A stretch of 63,278 nucleotides of DNA, counting the filler, from Thermodesulfobacteriota bacterium (lineage in GTDB: Bacteria; DASVDK01), in assembly GCA_036381125.1 (NCBI GenBank). It is 5 parts of 5 records of this genome, joined end to end, with 100 filler letters (N's around TTAATTAATTAA, not from the genome) between each part and the next. Parts side by side here need not be neighbours in the genome. Positions count along the whole stretch, not along the records: positions 32,412 to 46,832 come from DASVDK010000220.1; 4 more parts are not named here. One strand, written 5' to 3'. The notes beneath the pieces were generated by a model. It was not told the DNA's origin and did no database searches. It saw nothing but the letters and a program-made list of their open reading frames with translations. A program made the translations under genes and the position numbers. Of the stretch, positions 34,369 through 42,604 are shown piece after piece (position 1 is the stretch's first letter; every line of letters begins with the position of its first letter).

Positions 34369-35526
34369 ATGCTCCTTGCTCGATTCCAAGGCATCGACCG
34401 CACGGGCAGTCGCGGGGAGCCTGCCCGGGGCAGACCGCGTGTCGAAGGCGAGTCCGCTCCCGGCCGCGAGCGGCGTGCGCCGGGAGTCGACGCGCCAGGA
34501 GCCGATATCCCGCTCGCCGATCCGTCATCTCGTGGCACGACGTGGACGGTCCTCATCTGCACGCGGGATCGGGCTCGCCTGCTGGCCCGGGCGCTGCGCG
34601 CCATGCGGACGCTGCAGGACCCGGGGGCGCCGTACGAGATCGTCGTCGTCGACAACGGCTCGCGCGACCGGACGGCGCGCGTCGTGCGGGCCGCGGCGGC
34701 GAGGAGCGCGGTTCCCGTCCGATACCTGTACGAGCCGCGCGGCGGTCTGTCGGTCGCGCGCAACGTCGGCATCGCCAACGCGCGCGGCGAGTGGGTCGCG
34801 TTCACCGACGACGACATCATCGTCGACCCGGGGTGGCTCGCGGCGCTCGGGCGCGGGGCCTCCGCGCGAGCCGCCGACTTCCTCGGCGGCCGCGTGCTGC
34901 CCCGGTGGGGCGCCCCACCGCCGTCGTGGCTGCCGCGCGGCCGGGCACGCGGCGAGATCTGGGGAGCGCTTGCGCTGCTCGACTACGGCGACCGGGACGT
35001 GCCGCTCGCCGTCCCGCTCGGCGCGAACATGGCGGTCCGCCGGGAGGCCCTCCTCGCCGTCGGACCGTTTCGCGAGGACCTCGGCCGCGACGCCGGCTCG
35101 CTCAAGAGCCAGGCGGTTCCGGAGCTGATGCTCCGCCTGAGGGCGGCCGGCGCACAGGGTTGGTACGTCGCCGACGCGCGCGTCTACCACTGGATTCCGC
35201 CCGACCGCCTCACGAAGCGCTATTTCCAGCGCTGGTTCTTCTGGAAGGGCGTCTCGCGTGCCGTGATGGAGCGGCACGCTCCGGTCGACGAGGGCGGGAT
35301 CGACTTCCGCACGGTGCCGCGCATCGGGCGGATCCCCCGCTACATGTTCCGCCAGGTCGCCGAGTCCGGGCTCGCGTGCGTCGCGAACGCGATCCGGGGC
35401 GATCCGTCCGGGGTCCTGATCGCCGAGACGCGGCTCTGTTACCTCGCCGGTTACGCCCGCGCGGTCTGGTTCGGCGATCCATCGCCGACCGGCAAGGGCC
35501 TGGGACCGGGGGGGCGCGGGGGCTGA
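34369..35526 (+). CDS. Glycosyltransferase family 2 (start uncertain)
   Basis: VLICTRDR, VVDNGSRD, ARNVG, FTDDD, GANMAVRR. Confidence 0.88.
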   Translation: MLLARFQGIDRTGSRGEPARGRPRVEGESAPGRERRAPGVDAPGADIPLADPSSRGTTWTVLICTRDRARLLARALRAMRTLQDPGAPYEIVVVDNGSRDRTARVVRAAAARSAVPVRYLYEPRGGLSVARNVGIANARGEWVAFTDDDIIVDPGWLAALGRGASARAADFLGGRVLPRWGAPPPSWLPRGRARGEIWGALALLDYGDRDVPLAVPLGANMAVRREALLAVGPFREDLGRDAGSLKSQAVPELMLRLRAAGAQGWYVADARVYHWIPPDRLTKRYFQRWFFWKGVSRAVMERHAPVDEGGIDFRTVPRIGRIPRYMFRQVAESGLACVANAIRGDPSGVLIAETRLCYLAGYARAVWFGDPSPTGKGLGPGGRGG

Positions 35527-35669
35527 CGGGAGGGGGGCAGCTCCCCCGGGGAGAGCCGAGCCGGCCGAGGGTCACGGGTTTCTGGAACCCTTCCCGCAGA
35601 CCATCGGCTCCACGTCATGCGACAACCGGGTCACGATTTCGCTCCGACGCCTCGAGGCGAGAGGCGACC

Positions 35670-36320
35670 GTGGCCGCCGCCTGGCCACGACGCGGGCACG
35701 ATCGCTCGGTCGGGGAGCAGCCGTTGGCGCTCGATGAGCCGCGCACGAACGCGACGAGCGGCGAGCCGCGAACCGAGGCCGGCACGCCCCGCCAGCCCGT
35801 CCGCGGTCCCGGGGGACTGCGTCTGCTCAAGGGGTTGGAGCTTGCCCAGGACTTCGTCGTCGTCGTCGCGATCGTCGCCCTCTACGTCCTCATGGCGCGG
35901 CAGCTCGTCGGGATGTGGCGCCACGTCCAGGCCGGGCTCGACGTGCGCGCGATCCTCACGGATGTCCTGTTCCTGCTGATCCTCGTCGAGATATTCCGGC
36001 TGTTCATCTACTACCTGCGCGAGCGCCACGTCGCCGTCGGCACCATGGTCGAGATCGGGATCATCAGCGTCCTGCGGGAGGTCATCCTGATCGGGCCCCT
36101 GGAGGTGGCGTGGCCACAACTGCTGGCGATCACCGCCTTTCTCGTTGCCCTCGGCGGCTTGCTGCGGTTCGCCAGGTTCGATCGTGGAGGGGCCGTTCGG
36201 CCCGCGAGGCGAGGTCGCGGCACGGCGGGCCGGCGCCCGCGCGAGCGCCCGCGCCGCGAAGCGGACCTCGCGTGGACCGACGAGGCTCGCCGCGACGCGG
36301 ACCGAACCGGTGCGCGCTAG
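35670..36320 (+). CDS. PsiE family membrane protein (start uncertain)
   Basis: DVLFLLILVEIFR, VEIGIISVLREVI. Confidence 0.75.
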   Translation: MAAAWPRRGHDRSVGEQPLALDEPRTNATSGEPRTEAGTPRQPVRGPGGLRLLKGLELAQDFVVVVAIVALYVLMARQLVGMWRHVQAGLDVRAILTDVLFLLILVEIFRLFIYYLRERHVAVGTMVEIGIISVLREVILIGPLEVAWPQLLAITAFLVALGGLLRFARFDRGGAVRPARRGRGTAGRRPRERPRREADLAWTDEARRDADRTGAR

Positions 36321-36373
36321 GGCCCGTCGAGCCGGCGGCCGCGCCTGGCGGCGTCGGACCCGGAGGTCGTGAA

Positions 36374-37075
36374 ATGGAGCATTCGGTCTTCGTCGATCGG
36401 ACCGTCGACCTGCTGCAGCCGCTCCTCGGCTACGCCCGTGTCCGGCTCCGGGCGCACGAGGCGCTCGGCGACCTCCCGCCGGACCGCGTCCCTCCGGAGG
36501 AGGTCGTCGGCGCCGCGCTCGTCGAGGCGCTCCGCCGCGTCGACGACGCGCCGGCCGGCCGGCTCTACCCGTGGCTACGCGGCTTCGTGCGGCAGGCCGT
36601 CGCGCACGAGGTGACCGACGCACGCCGGCGGCGGCGCGAGCGTTCGCTCGAGGAGCCCGTCGGAGCCGACAGGTCCGAGGCGGAGGCCATCGGCGTCCCG
36701 CTGCGCCTGATCGACGTCCTGCCGGACCCGAAGTCGCCGACCCCCGAGGAGCTGGCCACGGCCGCGGAGGTCCAGCGGGCGATCGCGGCGCTCCTCGACC
36801 AGGCCCCGGACATCTGGCGCGAGCCGCTGCGGCTCCACGCCATCGACGGCCTCCCGATCGCGGCCGTGGCCCGGATGGAAGGGGTGACGGTCGCCGAGAC
36901 CCGCCGCCGCATCGAGCGGGCGCGCGAGTTCCTGAGGGCACGCCTGGCCGAGGAGTACGAGGAGGGGGCCGCCCCGCCGGCCGAGACGTTGCTCGCCGCG
37001 ATGCCGCGCGCCGAGGCGGCGCCGGAAGAGGTCGCTCGCCTGCGCGGACGCCTCGAAGCGGGCCGTGCGGGCTGA
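36374..37075 (+). CDS. ECF/sigma-70-like factor (degenerate region 2, clear region 4)
   Basis: LYPWL, PTPEE, W REPLRLHAIDGLPIAAVARMEG.TVAETRRRIERAREFLR. Confidence 0.7.
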   Translation: MEHSVFVDRTVDLLQPLLGYARVRLRAHEALGDLPPDRVPPEEVVGAALVEALRRVDDAPAGRLYPWLRGFVRQAVAHEVTDARRRRRERSLEEPVGADRSEAEAIGVPLRLIDVLPDPKSPTPEELATAAEVQRAIAALLDQAPDIWREPLRLHAIDGLPIAAVARMEGVTVAETRRRIERAREFLRARLAEEYEEGAAPPAETLLAAMPRAEAAPEEVARLRGRLEAGRAG

Positions 37076-37114
37076 CCCGGGGGGTGGCAGAGGGCGGGGC
37101 CGCAGGGGGGACCG

Positions 37115-37300
37115 GGCAAGGTGACGGTCTTCGTTTCGCGCTCCGCAATGTCGGGCGGCACCCTGATCGCCCTGGCGGCCGACGAGGGGTCATGGAGCGG
37201 AGGCGCTGGCGGAGAAGCTCACCAGCGGCGCCCTGACGCACGACTACCCGATCACCGCCCAGGAGGCCCGGAAGCTCGGCTTGCACGTGACGACCGAGAC
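37115..37300 (+). pseudogene. SDH/ClpP-class serine protease relic with internal deletion and frameshift
   Basis: GKVTVFVSRSAMSGGTLIALAADE then, in another frame, EALAEKLTSGALTHDYPITAQEARKLGLHVTTE. Confidence 0.65.
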
Positions 37301-37461
37301 GGCACGCCGGTGCCGCACCCCGCACGGGCGTCACGCTCGACGCGCGGCGCGCTCGACGCGCGCCGCACGGCGCCGCCCGACGCGACGGCTGCCGCGCCGG
37401 CCCGCCAGGGCGACCGCCGTCTCGCCGGCGCGCTCCGGCGCCTCGAACGGGGCGGTGCGGG

Positions 37462-37785
37462 TCAACTCGGCCGCCGCCCGAGCGTCTCGTCGACGTACCG
37501 GTCGATGGCGCGCTTGTCGGCCGGGTGGAGCTTCGTGAACCGCAGCCCCATCCCCACGTGAGGCTGCGTCCAGGCCACCTGCGCCTCGATCGTCATCGGC
37601 GCCGACTGGCCCGGGAGCATGAAGCGCAGGCGGACCGCCGACCCCTCGGGCAGCGGCGTCGGCGAGTCGACGAAGAGCCCGCCGTGTGAGAGGTCGGTGA
37701 TCTGTCGCAGGATCGGGGGTGAGTCCGCGGCGAGGGTGATCTCGACCACGAGCGCGGCTCGCGGCCATCGGCGGCGGTCATCCAA
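37462..37785 (-). CDS. Single-domain PilZ protein
   Basis: RRRWPR and DLSHGG motifs, GMGLRF. Confidence 0.85.
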   Translation of the reverse strand: MDDRRRWPRAALVVEITLAADSPPILRQITDLSHGGLFVDSPTPLPEGSAVRLRFMLPGQSAPMTIEAQVAWTQPHVGMGLRFTKLHPADKRAIDRYVDETLGRRPS

Positions 37786-39103
37786 CGTGGGTGTCCTTTC
37801 GGGAAGGCGGCAACGGGGCGATGACCCCCGGCCGCACCTGGTTGCGGCCGCCGTGCTTCGCACGGTAGAGGGCACGGTCGGCCGAGGCGAGCATCGTGGC
37901 GAACGGCACGTCCTCGCCGGCGTCGACCGAGACGACGCCGATGCTTGCCGTGAGGCGGATGATCCCCTGCGTGTCGAAGGGCGTGCCCGCGATCGTGGTG
38001 CGCAACCGTTCGGCCGCGGTCAGGGCGCCGCGATGGCTCGCCCCCGACAGCAGGATCACGAACTCCTCGCCGCCGTACCGGCCGACGAGGTCGAAGGGCC
38101 TGAGGTGCCGGCGCAGGAGCCGGCCGAAGGCGCGCAGCGCCGCGTCGCCGACCGCGTGCCCGTAGAGGTCGTTCACCTGCTTGAAGTGGTCGACGTCGAG
38201 CAGCATGAGCGCGATCGGCTCCCCGGCGCGCTGCGCCCGGCGCCGCTCCTCGGCCGCCAGCGCCAGGAACTGGCGGCGGTTGGCGAGCCCCGTGAGCGGG
38301 TCGCGGCCGCAGGCGTCGAGGAGCCGCTCCGTGGCGAGCCGCTCGCGGCGCCGGGCCTCCGAGAGGCGCAGCGCCACGACGAGCCTGAGGTCGAGTGCGG
38401 TCCAGGGCTCGTGGTCGGTGAGGCAGTCCATGGCGCCCGCCTCGAGCAACGCGCGGCTGTCGGCCGCCGAGGCGCCCGGCACGAGCAGGAGGATCGGCGC
38501 GCCCTCGAGCTCGCGCCGTGTGAGGAGCTGCTCGAGGTCCGCGTACGCCGACCGCGCGTCCGGGTAAGGTCCGGCCACGACGACCTGCGCCCCGGGGACG
38601 AGCCCGGCCGGCGCCGGATCGGCGAGGCGACGCGAGGGGAGTCCCTGCGCTGCGAGGCGCGCGACCAGGCCGGCCATGGCCGCCTCGTCCGGCCCGGCCA
38701 GCACCAGGCGAGGCCCCGCATCGGGTTGCGGCGCCGGGAGAATCGCCTCCGGCGTGGCGACACCCGGGGCGACGCGGGCCTCGAGGATCTCCTGCCAGGC
38801 GCTCAGGCTCTCGGGCACGATCCGCAGGCCGCCCTCGCCTCGACCGCCCGGCTGGCGCCACCAGCAGACCACCGCATCGACCACGGTCGACTCTCCCTCG
38901 CGGCCGGACACGACGAGGGAGAGCTGGTCGTTCGGGCGGGGATCGCCGCGGCCGACGAGCCGGAGCCCGTTGCGGCTCACGTCCACCAGTCGGCCGGTGC
39001 CGCCGACGAGCGCGGAGCACTCCACGCGGAGTTGTGCGGCAAGGTCATCGGGCAGGCGGACCCGCGGCTCGCGTAGGAACGGCCGGAAGGAGTCCCTGGG
39101 CAT
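37778..39103 (-). CDS. Diguanylate cyclase (PilZ + degenerate REC + GGDEF)
   Basis: REPR/DVSRNG PilZ, DPLTGLANRR, DVDHFKQVND.YGH.VGD, RPFD I-site, GGEEF. Confidence 0.9.
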   Translation of the reverse strand: MPRDSFRPFLREPRVRLPDDLAAQLRVECSALVGGTGRLVDVSRNGLRLVGRGDPRPNDQLSLVVSGREGESTVVDAVVCWWRQPGGRGEGGLRIVPESLSAWQEILEARVAPGVATPEAILPAPQPDAGPRLVLAGPDEAAMAGLVARLAAQGLPSRRLADPAPAGLVPGAQVVVAGPYPDARSAYADLEQLLTRRELEGAPILLLVPGASAADSRALLEAGAMDCLTDHEPWTALDLRLVVALRLSEARRRERLATERLLDACGRDPLTGLANRRQFLALAAEERRRAQRAGEPIALMLLDVDHFKQVNDLYGHAVGDAALRAFGRLLRRHLRPFDLVGRYGGEEFVILLSGASHRGALTAAERLRTTIAGTPFDTQGIIRLTASIGVVSVDAGEDVPFATMLASADRALYRAKHGGRNQVRPGVIAPLPPSRKDTHVG

Positions 39104-39238
39104 CGACGCCTCCGTCGAGGCCCGGGAGACGCGGGGCGCCTCGCGGGCACTGAGTGGTAACGGGGCGTCCGAGGCGTGACGGAACCGGGCCCTCCGGCCG
39201 AGGCATGACGCCTCCTGCCGGGGACCGCGGGCGGCCTT

Positions 39239-39328
39239 CCTCACTTCGGCAGCCCCGCTGCCCGGATCTGGCCCGGGCCGGTAGCTTTGCGACCCCGCCT
39301 CGCGACGGGTGTGCTCTTCTCGGTGAAG
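39239..39328 (-). ncRNA. GEMM-I (c-di-GMP-I class) riboswitch, A20 variant (c-AMP-GMP/3',3'-cGAMP-type)
   Basis: CUUCAC CGAGAAG A GC ACA CCCGUC GCGA GGCGGG GUC GC AAAG CUACCGG...GGCAGCGGGGCUGCCGAA GUGAGG, forming P1/P2/P3. Confidence 0.85.
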
Positions 39329-39351
39329 CGCCTTTCTGCGGTCGCCGGCCG

Positions 39352-39367
39352 AGCAAGCCCCGTGCCG
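39352..39367 (-). promoter_or_regulatory. Sigma54 promoter for the riboswitch-DGC-PilZ transcript
   Basis: CGGCACG-GGGC-TTGCT, near consensus; predicted start just upstream of P1. Confidence 0.7.
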
Positions 39368-39493
39368 TGGTTCCGCTGGCCGATGAACCGGGCACTTGCG
39401 GCCGGTCTCGGCGGCCGAGGCGTCGCGGAGCGTCACCCGAGGGTGACGCGCCGTGCACCGGATGTTTCCGGGGCGGCCCGCGGGCCCGGTCGT

Positions 39494-39523
39494 TTGACAG
39501 GCCGCGCTCGGCGGTGGTACGAC
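39494..39523 (+). promoter_or_regulatory. Sigma70 promoter of tRNA-Leu
   Basis: TTGACA-18-TACGAC with TG extension. Confidence 0.55.
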
Positions 39524-39532
39524 CGCCTGCAA

Positions 39533-39618
39533 GCCGGGATGGTGGAACTGGTAGACACGGCGGACTTAAACTCCGCTGCCCCGGACGGGGCGTGGGGGTT
39601 CGAGGCCCTCTCCCGGCA
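39533..39618 (+). tRNA. tRNA-Leu(TAA), integration target
   Basis: GCCGGGA/TCCCGGC acceptor, GCGGA-CTTAAAC-TCCGC anticodon arm, long variable arm, GGTTCGAG; no encoded CCA. Confidence 0.92.
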
Positions 39619-39678
39619 CTGAGAATCCGCGCAGTTACGGCCTCGTAGCGGGCCGCCTCTCCCTCCGAGCCGCCCGAC

Positions 39679-39699
39679 TTCTAGCCAAAGTTCTAGCCA
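39679..39699 (+). repeat. TTCTAGCCA direct repeat x2, putative integrase arm-type sites
   Basis: Copies at 39679 and 39691, between the tRNA and the int stop. Confidence 0.55.
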
Positions 39700-40829
39700 T
39701 TGCCCGAGGCGCCCTTCGTCGCGCCCTTGAGGGCCGCGTCGAGCTTGTCGGCGGCCTCCCGGTCCATCCCCTCGAGCACGTGCGTGTAGAGGTCGGCCGT
39801 GATCCCGATGGTCGAGTGGCCGAGCCGCTCGCTGACGACCTTGAGGGGCACCCCCTGGCGGAGGAGGTGGCTGGCGTGGCCGTGCCGGGCATCGTGAAAG
39901 CGCATCCGGGGCAGCTTCGCCCGGATGAGGAAGTCGCGGAAGGCCCGGGTGAGGCGATCGGGCGGCCAGGGGGTGCCGTCCACCTGGGCGAGCACGAGGT
40001 CGTCGTCGCCGAGGCGCTTGCCGAGCTGCAGGAGGGTCTCGGCCTGCTTCGCCCGGTGCTTCTTGAGGGCCGCGACCGCGGCGGCCGGAAGCGCGACCGC
40101 CCGGGGCTTGCCTGACTTCGGCGGCTTGAACCGGAGGCCCGCCTTCGTCTGCTCGAGCGACTGGCGAACGGTGAGGCGCCCGGCGTCGAGGTCGACGTCG
40201 CGCCAGCGGAGCGCGAGCAGCTCGCCCCGCCGGCAGCCGGTCATGACCGCGAGGAGCACCGGCATGCCGAGCGGCGTCCCGGCCGTCGCCTCCACGAGCG
40301 CGATCGTCTTCGCCTCGTCGAGCGGCTGCACGGTATGGCGGGCCGGCTTCGGTGTCTCGACCGCATCGGCGACGTTCCGGCCGAGGAGGCCCTTCTTGAC
40401 CGCCACGCGGAGCGCCCGGTGGAGCACCGCGTGCACCTGGCGGATCGTGGTCTCGGAGAGCTTCTTCTCCCGGAGGGCCGCGTAGGCCGCGTCGACCTGG
40501 AGAGGCGTGAGCTTCCCGAGCTTCACGTCGCCGAGGCGCGGCCGGAGGTGGAGGTCGACGATCTGCCGATAACGCTCGAGGGTCTTCGGCGTGACGGCCG
40601 GCGTCGCGTACTGCTCGAGCCACGTGGTCAGCCACTCGCCGACCGTGCGTCGGGCGGGCTCGACGTAGGCGCCCTGGTCGAGCGCGCCGAGGAGCTTCCG
40701 CAGCTCCGTCTTCGCCGCCTCCTTCGTCGCGTGGCCCTCATGCCACTTGAGCCGTCGCTTCCCGCCCTCCCGGCCGAGATCCACGACCGGGTAGTAGCGG
40801 CCGTTCTTCTTCGCGATGAACCCGGGCAT
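39693..40829 (-). CDS. int: Tyrosine recombinase/integrase
   Basis: RRGELLALRW, HDARH, LGHS...LYTH. Confidence 0.95.
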   Translation of the reverse strand: MPGFIAKKNGRYYPVVDLGREGGKRRLKWHEGHATKEAAKTELRKLLGALDQGAYVEPARRTVGEWLTTWLEQYATPAVTPKTLERYRQIVDLHLRPRLGDVKLGKLTPLQVDAAYAALREKKLSETTIRQVHAVLHRALRVAVKKGLLGRNVADAVETPKPARHTVQPLDEAKTIALVEATAGTPLGMPVLLAVMTGCRRGELLALRWRDVDLDAGRLTVRQSLEQTKAGLRFKPPKSGKPRAVALPAAAVAALKKHRAKQAETLLQLGKRLGDDDLVLAQVDGTPWPPDRLTRAFRDFLIRAKLPRMRFHDARHGHASHLLRQGVPLKVVSERLGHSTIGITADLYTHVLEGMDREAADKLDAALKGATKGASGNG

Positions 40830-40847
40830 CGCTACTGCCCTCCGTCT

Positions 40848-41678
40848 CTACTTGCCGCGTCCATGGCGCCGCGCCTTCGTCGGCGTCGGGGCGGCCGGCG
40901 GCTGCCCGCTCGTGTCGAGCCCGAGGAGCGCGCGCGCCTTGTCCGTGAGCCGGCCGCCCGAGGCCCCCTGCTTATGCGGGTACGTGAGGAGTCCTCGCTC
41001 TCGCGCCCGATGCGCGAGGTCCGCCACCTGGCGCGCCGTGAGCGGCCGCGCCGCGCCCGGGAGCGTGATCGTCCGCGCGACCTCGGCCGCTGGCCGGCGG
41101 CTGCCGGCGGCTACGGCCTGTTCGTAGGCCGCCGCGATCCGCGCGTAGTCGGTATCCGACCAGCGCCGCCGCCGGCCGCCGGGCCGCGGGCGGGCCGCGA
41201 GGGCCTGCCGCTCGAGGCCGGGGCGACCCAGGGCCTGCCGGAGGGCCGCCTCGCCGCGCTCAGCCTCGAGATAGGCCAGGATCTCCCGGAGCTGCTCCCG
41301 GTGCCGCCAGAGCGACACCCGCCGGAGAATGGTGCCCGTGAGCCCACCGGGCGGGACTAGGTCGGCGACCTCCGCCCGGAGGCCCTCGCCGGCCCACTGC
41401 CCGGGCTTGTCTCTGCGGGGCGCGCCCTCGGCGTGCGGGAACACGCGGAGCTCCGCGACCACCGGCATGCCGTCCTGCACGACGAGGCGGTAGGCAGCGA
41501 GCCACCCGTCAGGCAGCGGGACCTCCAGCCAAGCGGATCGCACCTCCCCGCGCTGAAGGCCGTAGGTCCGCGTGCCCGTGCGTGGGTCGGTGCGAAGGAG
41601 GACCGGCGTCACCCCGGCGTCGGTGCGGAGCCTGGCCTCGAGCCGAGAGCCGCCGGGCGGGGGCTGTCGTCGCGTCAT
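40848..41678 (-). CDS. Hypothetical protein with probable C-terminal HTH, in the repressor position of the element
   Basis: ...AAAYEQAVAAGSRRPAAEVA...TARQVADLAHRARERGLL; divergent from the Cro-like gene. Confidence 0.65.
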   Translation of the reverse strand: MTRRQPPPGGSRLEARLRTDAGVTPVLLRTDPRTGTRTYGLQRGEVRSAWLEVPLPDGWLAAYRLVVQDGMPVVAELRVFPHAEGAPRRDKPGQWAGEGLRAEVADLVPPGGLTGTILRRVSLWRHREQLREILAYLEAERGEAALRQALGRPGLERQALAARPRPGGRRRRWSDTDYARIAAAYEQAVAAGSRRPAAEVARTITLPGAARPLTARQVADLAHRARERGLLTYPHKQGASGGRLTDKARALLGLDTSGQPPAAPTPTKARRHGRGK

Positions 41679-41802
41679 GGCCCAGAAGGTACCGCGCACG
41701 TACCAGTATAGTCAATAGTCCGGCTGGCTCCTGCTTCTGGAAAACTGCCGCCAGAATCGCGAACGTTGACCGTAATCAGTAGCGTGACGTACTATCGCCG
41801 CC
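41679..41802. promoter_or_regulatory. Back-to-back sigma70 promoters, both predicted leaderless
   Basis: Minus: TTGACT-18-TACCTT-7-ATG(41678). Plus: TTGACC-18-TACTAT-7-ATG(41803). TTCTGG-N10-CCAGAA inverted repeat between them. Confidence 0.65.
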
Positions 41803-42048
41803 ATGTCGACACACGCGCTTGACGATGCTCTGGTTCGCGCCCGCCGGGCGCGTCGGCTGCCATCGCCGGCCGCTCGCCGCCAGCTCCGGGTGCAAGCGGG
41901 ACTGACGCAGCTCGACATCGCCCGAGCCCTTGGCGTGACGCGCGAATGCGTGGCTCGCTGGGAACTTGGGTGTCGGACCCCACGAGGGGTCTTGCTCGAT
42001 CGTTACATCGAGCTGCTCGACCGCCTCGCCGTCGAGGCCGTACGATGA
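41803..42048 (+). CDS. XRE/Cro-like HTH protein
   Basis: LRVQAGLTQLDIARALGVTRECVARWELG.RTP. Confidence 0.88.
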   Translation: MSTHALDDALVRARRARRLPSPAARRQLRVQAGLTQLDIARALGVTRECVARWELGCRTPRGVLLDRYIELLDRLAVEAVR

Positions 42049-42254
42049 CGCTCGAGGAGCTGGCCCGCGAACGGCGGGCGGTCCTGCCGGCTGAGGTCGT
42101 CTTTCGGCTGCTCGGTTGCGGCCGGACCGCCGGCTACGCGCACGTCCGCTGTGGTGACTTCCCACTCCGCGCGATCCGGGTCGGGCGGAAGGTGGTCTTC
42201 TCGACCGTCGAGGTGCGGCGCGCCCTCGGCCTCGAGCCGGAGCGGCCGGCGTGA
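42045..42254 (+). CDS. Excisionase/AlpA-like DNA-binding protein
   Basis: VVFRLLGCGRTAGY..VR.GDFP..IRVGRKVVF; ATGA coupling. Confidence 0.75.
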   Translation: MTLEELARERRAVLPAEVVFRLLGCGRTAGYAHVRCGDFPLRAIRVGRKVVFSTVEVRRALGLEPERPA

Positions 42255-42604
42255 CGCTCCTCGACCGGCTGCCCCCGCGCGTCCGCGCTCGGGCGCGCCG
42301 GCTCATCGAGGCGGTCATTCGGGAGGGGCGGGCCCAGACGCCCGCCGGCGTCGTCGAGGCCGTCGAGGCGCGCACCCGAGCCCGGCTCGACGCCGCGCCC
42401 TGGCGGCACGACTGGCCGCGCGTCGAAGGCGAGGCGCTCGTCTTTCACGGCGTGCGCGGTCACCGAGCGGAGGCCCTCGCGTTGGCCGAGGCGGCGCTCC
42501 GCGAGGCCGAGCGGGCGGTAGATGGCCCCTACAACCGACAGGCGAGCCTCGCGCTCGACCGCGCCCTCGCCGAGGTCGAGCGGCTGCGAGAAGGCGCCCC
42601 GTGA
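42251..42604 (+). CDS. Hypothetical protein of the element
   Basis: Coupled start and stop on both sides. Confidence 0.6.
   Translation: MTLLDRLPPRVRARARRLIEAVIREGRAQTPAGVVEAVEARTRARLDAAPWRHDWPRVEGEALVFHGVRGHRAEALALAEAALREAERAVDGPYNRQASLALDRALAEVERLREGAP

Noticed and set aside
35527-35669. GGGTCACG twice and small hairpins upstream of psiE, as a Pho box or riboswitch
   Set aside because: Copies are about 60 bp apart, not 11-bp phased; no recognisable aptamer consensus
37778-39103. Idea that this GGDEF is a Hypr cGAMP synthase matching the riboswitch
   Set aside because: The specificity position is Asp (GHAVGD), not Ser, so a canonical c-di-GMP synthase is predicted
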